The notes: generated by a model not told the origin, from the letters alone. A DNA stretch of 32,000 bases from Candidatus Thorarchaeota archaeon (GCA_003345555.1 PRDJ01000010.1:1-32000); one strand, 5' to 3'. Counted from the first letter of the stretch, positions 1 through 8,024 are shown. Translations and numbers: made by a program.

Positions 1-279
1 TTTGGCGGGGCTCGTTCTGCAGGGAGAAGTAGGATATCCAGTTTCCGATCAGCAATGAAGGAGAAGGCGAAGTCTGCTCCAGTTTCGGCGCAGGCTGCTT
101 TCAAGAAGGCCGACAAGGCGCTGGCGGGCGAAGAGGAAACAATAGCTCGCCAGGAGGAACAGATGAGACAAGCTCCTGCTGGTGCTCCTTCGGCCGCCGC
201 TGACCAAGCGGTCACTGAGAATCTCAGGCAGATGAAGCGAGCATCAAGAGAGCTGTTTGGGGAGGAAGAAAAGGAGTAA
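1..279 (+). CDS. 3' end of a hypothetical protein (5'-truncated by the window edge); Ala/Glu/Lys/Gln-rich, low-complexity C-terminus
   Basis: Frame 1 is open from base 1 (FGGARSAGRSRISSFRSAMKEK...) to TAA at 277-279. It is co-oriented with the Roadblock cluster. Confidence 0.7.
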   Translation, partial: FGGARSAGRSRISSFRSAMKEKAKSAPVSAQAAFKKADKALAGEEETIARQEEQMRQAPAGAPSAAADQAVTENLRQMKRASRELFGEEEKE

Positions 280-452
280 GTTTCCAAGATGTGCTAGCAT
301 GGAAGGAGGTCATTGTCGATGCACTTGTTTGTGCCAATCCCTTGTCTTCGCCATTCCTTGCGCCGAGAAAGCAGAGCCGTTGCTCGGAAGGAAATTGCGC
401 AATCGAAGACCTTGTTGCCACAAGTCTCAAATACCCAAGCGTGGCGTAGGAG

Positions 453-791
453 ATGGTAAATGCACAATTGACAGTAACGAGGAGTTCGCAGTTGGTAAGT
501 CAAGACAAGCTCCGGTCGATTCTTTCTAAGCTTAAGGCGCAGCAAGGAGTGCGAGGAGTTGTTGTCACCAACATGGAGGGACTCCCTCTGAGTAGTGACC
601 TTGACCCTGACACAACCGAAGCCGTTGCTGCAATCATAACCTCTCTTGTGGGCAAGGCGCTTGATGCAGTGAGAGAGCTACGAGAGGGGTCACTGTCATT
701 CCTGACCCTCGACACATCAAAGGGCCAAATCAACATAGCCCCTGATGTGAAGGAGGGGTTGATACTAGTCGTCCTCAAGAAACAAAGCTGA
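453..791 (+). CDS. Roadblock/LC7 domain protein
   Basis: Typical pattern GVRGVVVTNMEGLPLSSDL...AAIITSLVGKA...LSFLTLDTSKGQINI...LILVVL; SD-like AGGAG upstream of the ATG. Confidence 0.85.
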   Translation: MVNAQLTVTRSSQLVSQDKLRSILSKLKAQQGVRGVVVTNMEGLPLSSDLDPDTTEAVAAIITSLVGKALDAVRELREGSLSFLTLDTSKGQINIAPDVKEGLILVVLKKQS

Positions 792-807
792 ATGGAGACA
801 TATTGCC

Positions 808-1275
808 ATGAGCGATCCGAAGGTGTTCGACAAGATCCTCACAGACATCATACGCCAAGACAAGGGGATAAAGAAAGTCATTCTTGTGGACAAGACAGGG
901 CTCACCATAGCGAATGTGAGTAAGCTAAGCTATTTTCCAGTTGATACCGACAGCATAGGTGCCATTGCCAGTGCTGTGTTCTGCGCAAGCGAGGAGCAGG
1001 GCAAGAACCTCCAAATCGGAGAGCTTGAAATTGTGACCTCTGAGTTCTCAGAAGGCAAGATTTTCGCTTCGTCGTGCGGGAAAGGAGTACTATGCGTTGT
1101 ATCTGAAGCAGAGGTCAACATCGGACTGATACGACTGATTATGAAGAAACAGGGCGTGCAGCTTTCTGACGAATTGGACAAGTTCTTAGCAGTTGAACCG
1201 ATGGCACCAACAAAGAGCAAAGAGCTAGATGAGGAGGACCTGAAGTCCGCTCTTGCAGAACTTGAGAAAGTGTAG
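808..1275 (+). CDS. Roadblock/LC7 (MglB-like) protein with a C-terminal acidic amphipathic extension
   Basis: GIKKVILVDKTGLTIA...GAIASAVF...GELEIVTSEFSEGKIF...VNIGLIRLIMKK, followed by a linker and ELDEEDLKSALAELEKV. Confidence 0.85.
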   Translation: MSDPKVFDKILTDIIRQDKGIKKVILVDKTGLTIANVSKLSYFPVDTDSIGAIASAVFCASEEQGKNLQIGELEIVTSEFSEGKIFASSCGKGVLCVVSEAEVNIGLIRLIMKKQGVQLSDELDKFLAVEPMAPTKSKELDEEDLKSALAELEKV

Positions 1276-1331
1276 GCTCCATCATCATCACACTCTGCCT
1301 AGGCGAGCAAGTCTCTCCCTACATAACGGAC

Positions 1332-1343
1332 AAAGGCTTTTAT
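1332..1343 (+). promoter_or_regulatory. Putative BRE/TATA promoter for the mglA-roadblock unit
   Basis: AAAGGC-TTTTAT in the 245-nt gap upstream of the GTPase. Confidence 0.45.
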
Positions 1344-1520
1344 GAGAGTACAATGTTAAGTCAGCCCGCACCCCGACATGGGGCGCCAAGCTCGGGGATT
1401 GACGCTCCTTTCTAAGAGCGCAGGCAGTACCCGATGGAGAATCATTCTGCCATTGACCGAATAGCAGTGCTGCCATCTCCGAACCCCAAAGGGTCCACGA
1501 CAACGACATAGCAGCGAGGT

Positions 1521-2090
1521 GTGAAAGTGCGCAAGGACGACAAAGGCCGGATTCATCTCAAGCTTGTATTCTATGGTCCGAGCCTAGGTGGCAAGACAAC
1601 GGCGCTTCGCTGGCTCTATGGGAAAGTTGAAGGGCTCCAGAAGGGAGAGTTCACAGCAATCGAAGACGAGACCAATCGTACTCTGTTTTTTGACTATGTT
1701 CCGATGAGTGCAGGAGGCCGTGTTCTTTTCGATGTATTCACTGTTGCAGGACAGAAACGACACAGACATCAGAGGAAGGTCGTACTCCAAGGCGCCGACG
1801 GGATTCTATTCGTCGCAGACTCGTCGCCTGATCAAAGAGAAGAGAATGTAGAGAGCTTCGAGGAGCTCAAGCTGTTCCTGGGAGACGCACTTGGCCGCGA
1901 GATCCCTATTGTTGTTATGTTGAACAAGCGGGACCTGCCTAACCGGATGTCACGCGATGAAATGCTCGACCTTCTTGGACTCGGCGGAAACGTGCCAATC
2001 TATGAGACGATTGCCGTTCAAGGCGTGGGCGTCAAAAGAGCTTTCCAGGCCATAGCAAGAGAAGTCATACTTAAGAGAATGTACAAGTAA
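1521..2090 (+). CDS. MglA-family small Ras-like GTPase
   Basis: KLVFYGPSLGGKTT (G1), RTLFFDY (MglA switch I with Arg-Thr), TVAGQ (G3; MglA has TVPGQ), GADGILFVADS, NKRDL (G4), ETIA..GVGV (G5). GTG start after GAGGT. Confidence 0.9.
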   Translation: MKVRKDDKGRIHLKLVFYGPSLGGKTTALRWLYGKVEGLQKGEFTAIEDETNRTLFFDYVPMSAGGRVLFDVFTVAGQKRHRHQRKVVLQGADGILFVADSSPDQREENVESFEELKLFLGDALGREIPIVVMLNKRDLPNRMSRDEMLDLLGLGGNVPIYETIAVQGVGVKRAFQAIAREVILKRMYK

Positions 2091-2100
2091 TCGCACTTAG

Positions 2101-2481
2101 GTGAGTCTGATGAGCGAGTCGCGGGGCGATACACTCGAGGGAGTCCTGAACGAATTACAGGGTAGTATTCCCGAAATAGAGGCTTGTGCAATAGTCAGTG
2201 TTGAAGGGCTCCCCATTGTCTCAGCCCTGCCGACTGATGTTGACGAAGCCAAGCTTGCTGCAATCACGGCAGCAATGCTCACACTGGGCGAAAAGGCAGC
2301 AGTTGAGCTCGGAAAGGGAAACCTCGAACAGGTCAATGTTAAGGGCGCCAACGGCTGGGTGTTGGTAATCCAAGCAGGAATGAATGCATGCCTTACTGTG
2401 TCTACTACGGCCAATGCAAAGCTCGGCCTTGTCTTTCTAGACATGAAACGCGCAGCTGAGAAGGTTGCGCAGCTGATTTAG
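2101..2481 (+). CDS. Roadblock/LC7 domain protein (MglB-like); start may be ATG 2110
   Basis: PEIEACAIVSVEGLPIVSALP...AAITAAMLTLGEKAAVELGKGNLEQVNVKG...AKLGLVFLDMKRAAEKV is the classic archaeal Roadblock signature. Confidence 0.9.
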   Translation: MSLMSESRGDTLEGVLNELQGSIPEIEACAIVSVEGLPIVSALPTDVDEAKLAAITAAMLTLGEKAAVELGKGNLEQVNVKGANGWVLVIQAGMNACLTVSTTANAKLGLVFLDMKRAAEKVAQLI

Positions 2482-2552
2482 CGGCCATGTTTCTACTAAC
2501 ACTAAATCTATGAGCCGCTTTTTCCGCTACTATAGTAAGGTCGTGCATCTAA

Positions 2553-3320
2553 TTGAATCTGGCCGGACCAGTGTATAGGCTCTATGAATATTGGCTGTCT
2601 CGCCAGCTCAGCAAGGAGAAGGCGCCTCGACATGTGGGCATAATCCTTGATGGTAATCGACGATATGCAAAGGAACATGGCTTCGATGTGCCATGGATAG
2701 GACACCGCAAGGGTGCTCAGAAAGTCATGGAAGTCCTGCGCATTCTTTGGGAGGCCGGCGTAAAGGTATGTACGATCTACGCTTTCTCGCTTGAGAACTT
2801 CCAGAGAAGCAGAGAGGAAGTTCGTGAGATAATGGCCATCGCACGACAGAAGTTCGCCGATGTTGTAGGTAACCCGGATGTTAAGCGACACAAAGTCAGG
2901 ATTAAGGCGATTGGTAGGGTGGATCTTCTTCCTCCGGAAGTAAGGGATGCTATCCATAAGGCCGAGGCAGAGACCGAGATGTATAGCGACCATATCCTCA
3001 ATGTCGCAATAGGTTACTCAGGAAGAAGCGAGCTTGTCGATGCAGTCAGAGCAATTGGAGAAGAAATCAAATCAGGTAAGACTTCTCCCGCTGATATTGA
3101 TGAGCGCGTCATTGAAAGCCATCTCTATACAAACGGTGTCCCAGACCCTGACCTAATCATCCGGACATCTGGTGAAGAGCGGCTCTCTGGATTCCTTTTA
3201 TGGCAATCCGCGTATTCCGAGCTCTATTTTGTGCAAATATACTGGCCTGCCATAAGACGGATTGATATCTGGCGCGCCCTGCGCTCATATGAAACTCGTT
3301 CGCGCCGGTTTGGCAAGTGA
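2553..3320 (+). CDS. uppS: cis-prenyltransferase (undecaprenyl/polyprenyl diphosphate synthase)
   Basis: PRHVGIILDGNRR, YAFSLENFQRS, DPDLIIRTSGEERLSGFLLWQSAYSELYF. Confidence 0.95.
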   Translation: MNLAGPVYRLYEYWLSRQLSKEKAPRHVGIILDGNRRYAKEHGFDVPWIGHRKGAQKVMEVLRILWEAGVKVCTIYAFSLENFQRSREEVREIMAIARQKFADVVGNPDVKRHKVRIKAIGRVDLLPPEVRDAIHKAEAETEMYSDHILNVAIGYSGRSELVDAVRAIGEEIKSGKTSPADIDERVIESHLYTNGVPDPDLIIRTSGEERLSGFLLWQSAYSELYFVQIYWPAIRRIDIWRALRSYETRSRRFGK

Positions 3321-3468
3321 GAGACCAGTAGGAATATTGTTCGCAATCTCGGGCGGCTCTAGTGACACAGTCTTTTATATGCCTCATCTCTTTCGACAAC
3401 GGACGTACATAATCTGGCAGATTCCAATCACTGTGCAAGATTATGAGTCCGACTGACGTGAAGAAGGC

Positions 3469-4683
3469 ATGGATTTGGTCCGGCAACCTATTGAGGTATA
3501 CCGCGGATTGGTTGAAGTCCGCCTTGCAGACGGAATCATCGGACACATCTCTCCACTGGTCAGTCGGTTTTCAAATGACATATTTGCGGGTCAGAAGACT
3601 GCCGATCACTTGACGAGATTCCTAGCATTGTTCTCGCGCTTCACTGCTTTCTTGAGTTCCAGCGCTACGGCCAATTTGGACAATCTCGAAATGGCTGTAG
3701 ACTTACTCGATTACTTCACTTCCACATCGAAGTGGTGGGTAATCTCGAGAAAGAAACCTTGTATAATTCCAAGGCCACCATCGCGAGACCCTCGAGATTT
3801 CTTGAAATCGATTGCCGACATTCAGCTTGGCAGCGATGCTTCAGGTCGGATTACCACGTCGACTGAGAAGCTGTCACAATTCCTGTCTGAGCACGGGATT
3901 GCGGATGGTCGAACGCGACAAGCACTCTGTGAGAGCTTTGGATCAATCTGGACCCTGCTAAGCGGCTTTGTCTGTAGAAGTCAAGGTCGGGGCGCCATCT
4001 CAGAAGCCGACTTCGAAGCTGGCTATGACACATTCAGGGTTATGTTGTTCTATGTTCCCATCGAAGACTTCATGGCCCTCACAGCCATTAGGAGGGTTGG
4101 AACCAACGATAAGCTCCCACGGATTGCACGAATAGCCGTGGCTGCAGGGTTCGAGCGTAAGCTTGATTCTTCGGTCGCAGCACGTCTTGAGAGACTGCAC
4201 GGAGAGAATCTCGCAAAGGTCGCGGTCCTGACCTCGGGCGCTTCTCGTGCTGTACTCACGAACTCGCTTCGGTTCATCGCCCAACTTGCTACTGCTGAGA
4301 AAGGAGTGCCCAGCATTGAGGACACCGAGTACGAAACCATGATAGAGCAGGCCATCGAGATACTTCAGAAAGCAGGCGTAGACTCTTCCCTCTTTCAAGA
4401 CGAGAACGCAGTTGCCAAGCTGTTCAAGAGTCTGCGCATTTCTGATGAGATGGCTGAACGGATTAGTCTCGTAACTAGGCGTCTTGAAGGGCTCATAATT
4501 GACACTGCAGGGAGTCATGATTTTCTTCTTCAGTACTCAAGGCTGGTTCCCCGCCTAGTGTCGCTCCTACTGCTGCTTGCCAGCGGAACGAGACCTCCGT
4601 CCGACACTCCTCTGCAAGATGTAGATATGAAGAAGGGTCTGATGTCTCTAAATCAGCTGCTCAGTGAGCGGAGCTCTCCTTAG
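3469..4683 (+). CDS. Hypothetical all-helical protein, 404 aa, with apparent internal repeats
   Basis: Long ORF with protein-like composition and TTTTATAT at 3373-3380 upstream. No recognisable catalytic motif. Confidence 0.75.
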   Translation: MDLVRQPIEVYRGLVEVRLADGIIGHISPLVSRFSNDIFAGQKTADHLTRFLALFSRFTAFLSSSATANLDNLEMAVDLLDYFTSTSKWWVISRKKPCIIPRPPSRDPRDFLKSIADIQLGSDASGRITTSTEKLSQFLSEHGIADGRTRQALCESFGSIWTLLSGFVCRSQGRGAISEADFEAGYDTFRVMLFYVPIEDFMALTAIRRVGTNDKLPRIARIAVAAGFERKLDSSVAARLERLHGENLAKVAVLTSGASRAVLTNSLRFIAQLATAEKGVPSIEDTEYETMIEQAIEILQKAGVDSSLFQDENAVAKLFKSLRISDEMAERISLVTRRLEGLIIDTAGSHDFLLQYSRLVPRLVSLLLLLASGTRPPSDTPLQDVDMKKGLMSLNQLLSERSSP

Positions 4684-5407
4684 GTTTTGTGCCCTCGATT
4701 AGTATCCTTGCGTCTACAACAAGCGCACCCTTGCCCTTGTCATAGACAAAAGTGGGGTTACAGTCGAGTTCTATTATCTCAGGGTTTTCTTTCACCATCT
4801 TCGAGATAGACATTATCACGTTCACCAATGCATCCACGTCACGAGGAGGTTGGCCACGGACTCCATCCAGTATCTTCGCTGCTTTTATCTCGCCTACCAT
4901 TTCGCGCGCGTCGGACTCTGTCATCGGTATGAGCCTGAAGGTCACATCTTTCAGGACTTCCACGAAGATGCCTCCGAGGCCAAACATCAGGGCATGCCCG
5001 AACTGTGGATCGCGAGTGACACCTATGATGACTTCAGTGCCTTGGTCGGCAAAGTCGGAAATGAGAACTCCACGGCTGAGGTCGACTTGGATGCCCTTTT
5101 CGCTGCCGTATTTCCTAGCGCTCTCCATAATCTCTTGAAACGCTTTTCTAACCTCGCTATCGTCCTTCAAGTTTACCTTGACCCCTCCGGCATCAGACTT
5201 GTGGAGAATATCCTTAGACAGTATCTTGAGGACAACAGGGTATCCAATCTTCCTAGCCTTCGTGACCGCCTCGTCAGCAGACTTCGCTGTGTCATAGGCC
5301 GGAACACCGATACCGTATCCTTTCATGATGTCTTTTGCTTCGTTTTCCAATATGAAGGTCCGACCCTCCGCGAGGGCAGTCTCGAATATCTTCTTCGCAG
5401 CTTTCAT
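4661..5407 (-). CDS. acdB: Acetate/acyl-CoA ligase (ADP-forming) beta subunit, ATP-grasp
   Basis: IGYPVVLKILS.DILHKSDAGGVKVNL, EVIIGVTRDPQFGHALMFGLGGIFVEVLKDV, ELDCNP, VVDARI. Confidence 0.9.
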   Translation of the reverse strand: MKAAKKIFETALAEGRTFILENEAKDIMKGYGIGVPAYDTAKSADEAVTKARKIGYPVVLKILSKDILHKSDAGGVKVNLKDDSEVRKAFQEIMESARKYGSEKGIQVDLSRGVLISDFADQGTEVIIGVTRDPQFGHALMFGLGGIFVEVLKDVTFRLIPMTESDAREMVGEIKAAKILDGVRGQPPRDVDALVNVIMSISKMVKENPEIIELDCNPTFVYDKGKGALVVDARILIEGTKPKESSAH

Positions 5408-5453
5408 CCAAACATCAGGCCTCTATCTCTTCAATCGCAGAGTAATGTCCGTT

Positions 5454-6905
5454 TTATCTTTTCTCAGTCTCCGAAGTCTGTTTGAATTCTTTGCCGTACC
5501 TAATCTTGCCATATTCTACAAGTGCGCCTGCAGCCACTGCCGCTTTTTCGCCCGTCGCGTATGTGGGAGTCCCCATGAGCTCCATAATCTCTCCTGCCTT
5601 GGTTGTGAAGGCTCCTCCCATAGATACAACGACAAATGGTTTTCCTGACTGACGTTGGTAATTGGATATGACATTGGTCACATCCATACCCAAGGAGGGC
5701 GTCTGTAGTAGCATACCGACAACAAATGCGTCGTACTCGTCGCTCTTTAGTGCTTCATCGAACACTGCGTCATAGCGACTGGCATCTGTGTCACCCACAA
5801 CATCCACCGGGTTGTGCCAAGCACAATAAGCAGGCAGTCTCGACTTGAATCTGTTTTCAAGCTCTGGGGAGGGTTTCGGTACTGACAGTCCAAGCGCCTC
5901 AAGAGCGTCTATTGTCATGACTCCGAGTCCACCACCATTCGTGACCATCAATACCCTGTCTCCTTTTGCAGGTGGCTGCATCGCGAGGGCCTTGGCCATG
6001 TCAAACATATGCTCGAAATTGTCCGCCCTAATCACTCCGGCCTGTCTATAGGCCGCATCTGCTATTTGATCCGAACCAGCGATGGCTCCAGTGTGGGAGC
6101 TAGCAGCCGCACGAGCACGCCTTCCTTTGCCCGATTTTACTACGAGAACAGGCTTGCGAGCGGTCACAGTCCTTGCAGTATCGAAGAAGGTTCTGCCCTT
6201 TTCTCGGTCGTAGCCTTCTGTATAGTAGCAGATAACCTGTGTCGAAGGGTCATCTCCTAAGTAGTACAGAAGATCGTCGTCGTCAACATCGCATTTATTG
6301 CCCAAGCTGATGATTTTGCTGATACCGATTCCTAGCTGAGATGTCCAGTCGGAGATTGCTGCTGCAAAGGCTCCTGACTGAGATACCAAAGATATGTTGG
6401 CTACAGCACTGGACTTGGGTCTTCCGCAGCGATATTCGGGCAGGAAGAATGAATCGACATGAGTCTGGGTGTCTATAACGCCGACACAATTTGGTCCGAT
6501 TATCCGGATTCCATACTTCTTTGCGGTCGCAACCATCTCATCTTCAATAGCTGCGCCTGCTGGTCCGGTCTCTGAGAATCCTCCTGATATCACAATAGCT
6601 GCTTTCACACCCTTGCTTCCGATGTCTTCGAATACTCTTGGTGTGAGCCTAGCTGGTACAGCAACGATGACCATGTCCACCGGATTAGGTATCTCCTTTA
6701 AGCTCGGATAGCAGGGGACTCCGAGAACAGTCGTGTACTTAGGGTTCACAGCGTAGACTCTGCCCGTGTACTGCGGTTTGATGAAGTTCTGAAGGATCGC
6801 CTGACCTACACTATTGGGTGTGGCCGATGCTCCATAGACTGCAACACCCTTTGCATTGAAGAAGAAGTCAATGCCTTCAGTCTCAACACCCAATGACACG
6901 GTCAT
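5454..6905 (-). CDS. acdA: Acetate/acyl-CoA ligase (ADP-forming) alpha subunit
   Basis: CoA-binding VAVYGAS..., IIGPNC, VSQSGA, ISLGNKCDV, phospho-His motif ASSHTGAIAG, TNGGGLGV, NPVDVVGD. Confidence 0.92.
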   Translation of the reverse strand: MTVSLGVETEGIDFFFNAKGVAVYGASATPNSVGQAILQNFIKPQYTGRVYAVNPKYTTVLGVPCYPSLKEIPNPVDMVIVAVPARLTPRVFEDIGSKGVKAAIVISGGFSETGPAGAAIEDEMVATAKKYGIRIIGPNCVGVIDTQTHVDSFFLPEYRCGRPKSSAVANISLVSQSGAFAAAISDWTSQLGIGISKIISLGNKCDVDDDDLLYYLGDDPSTQVICYYTEGYDREKGRTFFDTARTVTARKPVLVVKSGKGRRARAAASSHTGAIAGSDQIADAAYRQAGVIRADNFEHMFDMAKALAMQPPAKGDRVLMVTNGGGLGVMTIDALEALGLSVPKPSPELENRFKSRLPAYCAWHNPVDVVGDTDASRYDAVFDEALKSDEYDAFVVGMLLQTPSLGMDVTNVISNYQRQSGKPFVVVSMGGAFTTKAGEIMELMGTPTYATGEKAAVAAGALVEYGKIRYGKEFKQTSETEKR

Positions 6906-7058
6906 GGATATTCTGCTCTCCCAGCTAGTCCCTTCTTAGGATATTAGTTATACTTGTGGGTGTCACGCATCTTATATCGATACCCTAATAGCAACTGCTA
7001 GGGAACTCATCGCGAATCTGTGATGACCTTCTCCATTCTCACTGATGGCGCCGCTCTG

Positions 7059-8024
7059 ATGACGGCGTCGGCTTCAGAATTCAAACATTCGATGGCTAAG
7101 GGTTTTGACATCAGAGTGGCGCACTTTGGCCGGGACTTGATGTGCTACAGTCCTACCGCATACCCGTATAGAATCAGAGATCATTCGCAGTCAAATCGCA
7201 GCAGCTTTGTTTCGTTCAGTGTGACTGGTACCAGTTGTGCGCTAAAATGCGAGCATTGTGGAGGTCGTCTCCTTCATAGTATGGAACCTGCTAAGACGCC
7301 TGATTCACTTGTCAGGAAATGCAGGATACTGAAGGAGCATGGAGCCGAGGGCGTTCTGATAAGCGGTGGCTCGGACTCAGCGGGTCATGTACCAATCGAC
7401 AAGTATGCTGATGCGATACAGACAATCAAAAGGGACCTAGGACTGAAGGTTGTTGTCCATACTGGCCTTGTTGGTGAGGGCACAGCTAAGTCATTGGCAC
7501 TTGCACATGTCGATGCGGCAATGTTGGATATCATAGGTGATGAACGCGTAGCCACGGCGGTCTACCACGTACAAGACGGCCCTGAGAGAACCGAGAAATC
7601 TCTCATTATGTTGGAGCGACAGGGGATACCTGTTGTTCCTCACATTCTTGTTGGTCTCAATTATGGGCGATTGGGCGGCGAACTAGAGGCACTACAAATG
7701 ATTTCTTCGAGAAAACCAGCTGCAGTAGTTTTCATTGTTTTCAGCCCAATCCGGGGCACAATCATGGGGCATTTCTTGCCGCCGCCAGCTGAGGTTGTAG
7801 GCCGCTTGCTGACTATTGCCCGTCTTGGTCTACAATCGACACCCATTCTCTTGGGCTGCGCCCGCCCCATGGGTCAGCATAAGATTGAGTCAGATATTCT
7901 TGCTGTCAGATGTGGCATAAATGGAATAGCATATGTCAGTCAGGAAGGGGTCGATGCAGCACGTAGAGTGGGCCTAAGCCCGGTCTTCAGAGATATATGC
8001 TGCAGTCTCATTTACCAAGAATAG
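7059..8024 (+). CDS. lipS1: Radical SAM protein, LipS1-type lipoyl synthase subunit (COG1856-like); start may be GTG 7020 or ATG 7092
   Basis: SVTGTSCALKCEHC (CxxxCxxC), GVLISGG, VVPHILVGL, plus the LipS1 signatures GCARP and a C-terminal CC (DICCS). Confidence 0.75.
   Translation: MTASASEFKHSMAKGFDIRVAHFGRDLMCYSPTAYPYRIRDHSQSNRSSFVSFSVTGTSCALKCEHCGGRLLHSMEPAKTPDSLVRKCRILKEHGAEGVLISGGSDSAGHVPIDKYADAIQTIKRDLGLKVVVHTGLVGEGTAKSLALAHVDAAMLDIIGDERVATAVYHVQDGPERTEKSLIMLERQGIPVVPHILVGLNYGRLGGELEALQMISSRKPAAVVFIVFSPIRGTIMGHFLPPPAEVVGRLLTIARLGLQSTPILLGCARPMGQHKIESDILAVRCGINGIAYVSQEGVDAARRVGLSPVFRDICCSLIYQE

Noticed and set aside
291-452. In-frame TAG just before the start of Roadblock-1 (and similarly before mglA), suggesting pyrrolysine read-through
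   Set aside because: The TAG is part of the SD-like TAGGAG, the upstream peptides look non-coding, and the downstream proteins are complete without extension.
257-529. Cys-rich 90-aa ORF
   Set aside because: It overlaps two better-supported genes in other frames and has no recognisable motif spacing.
1423-1482. Fluoride (crcB) riboswitch-like order GATGGAG...GCC...CCG...GCTG...CTCC
   Set aside because: P1 geometry and the conserved GCUGAUGAC segment do not fit, and no fluoride-related gene follows.
4850-5485. 211-aa + strand ORF
   Set aside because: Antisense shadow of acdB with no protein-like features. The many other 60-180 aa antisense ORFs inside atpA, atpB, srp54, glmU, hef and aor were rejected for the same reason.
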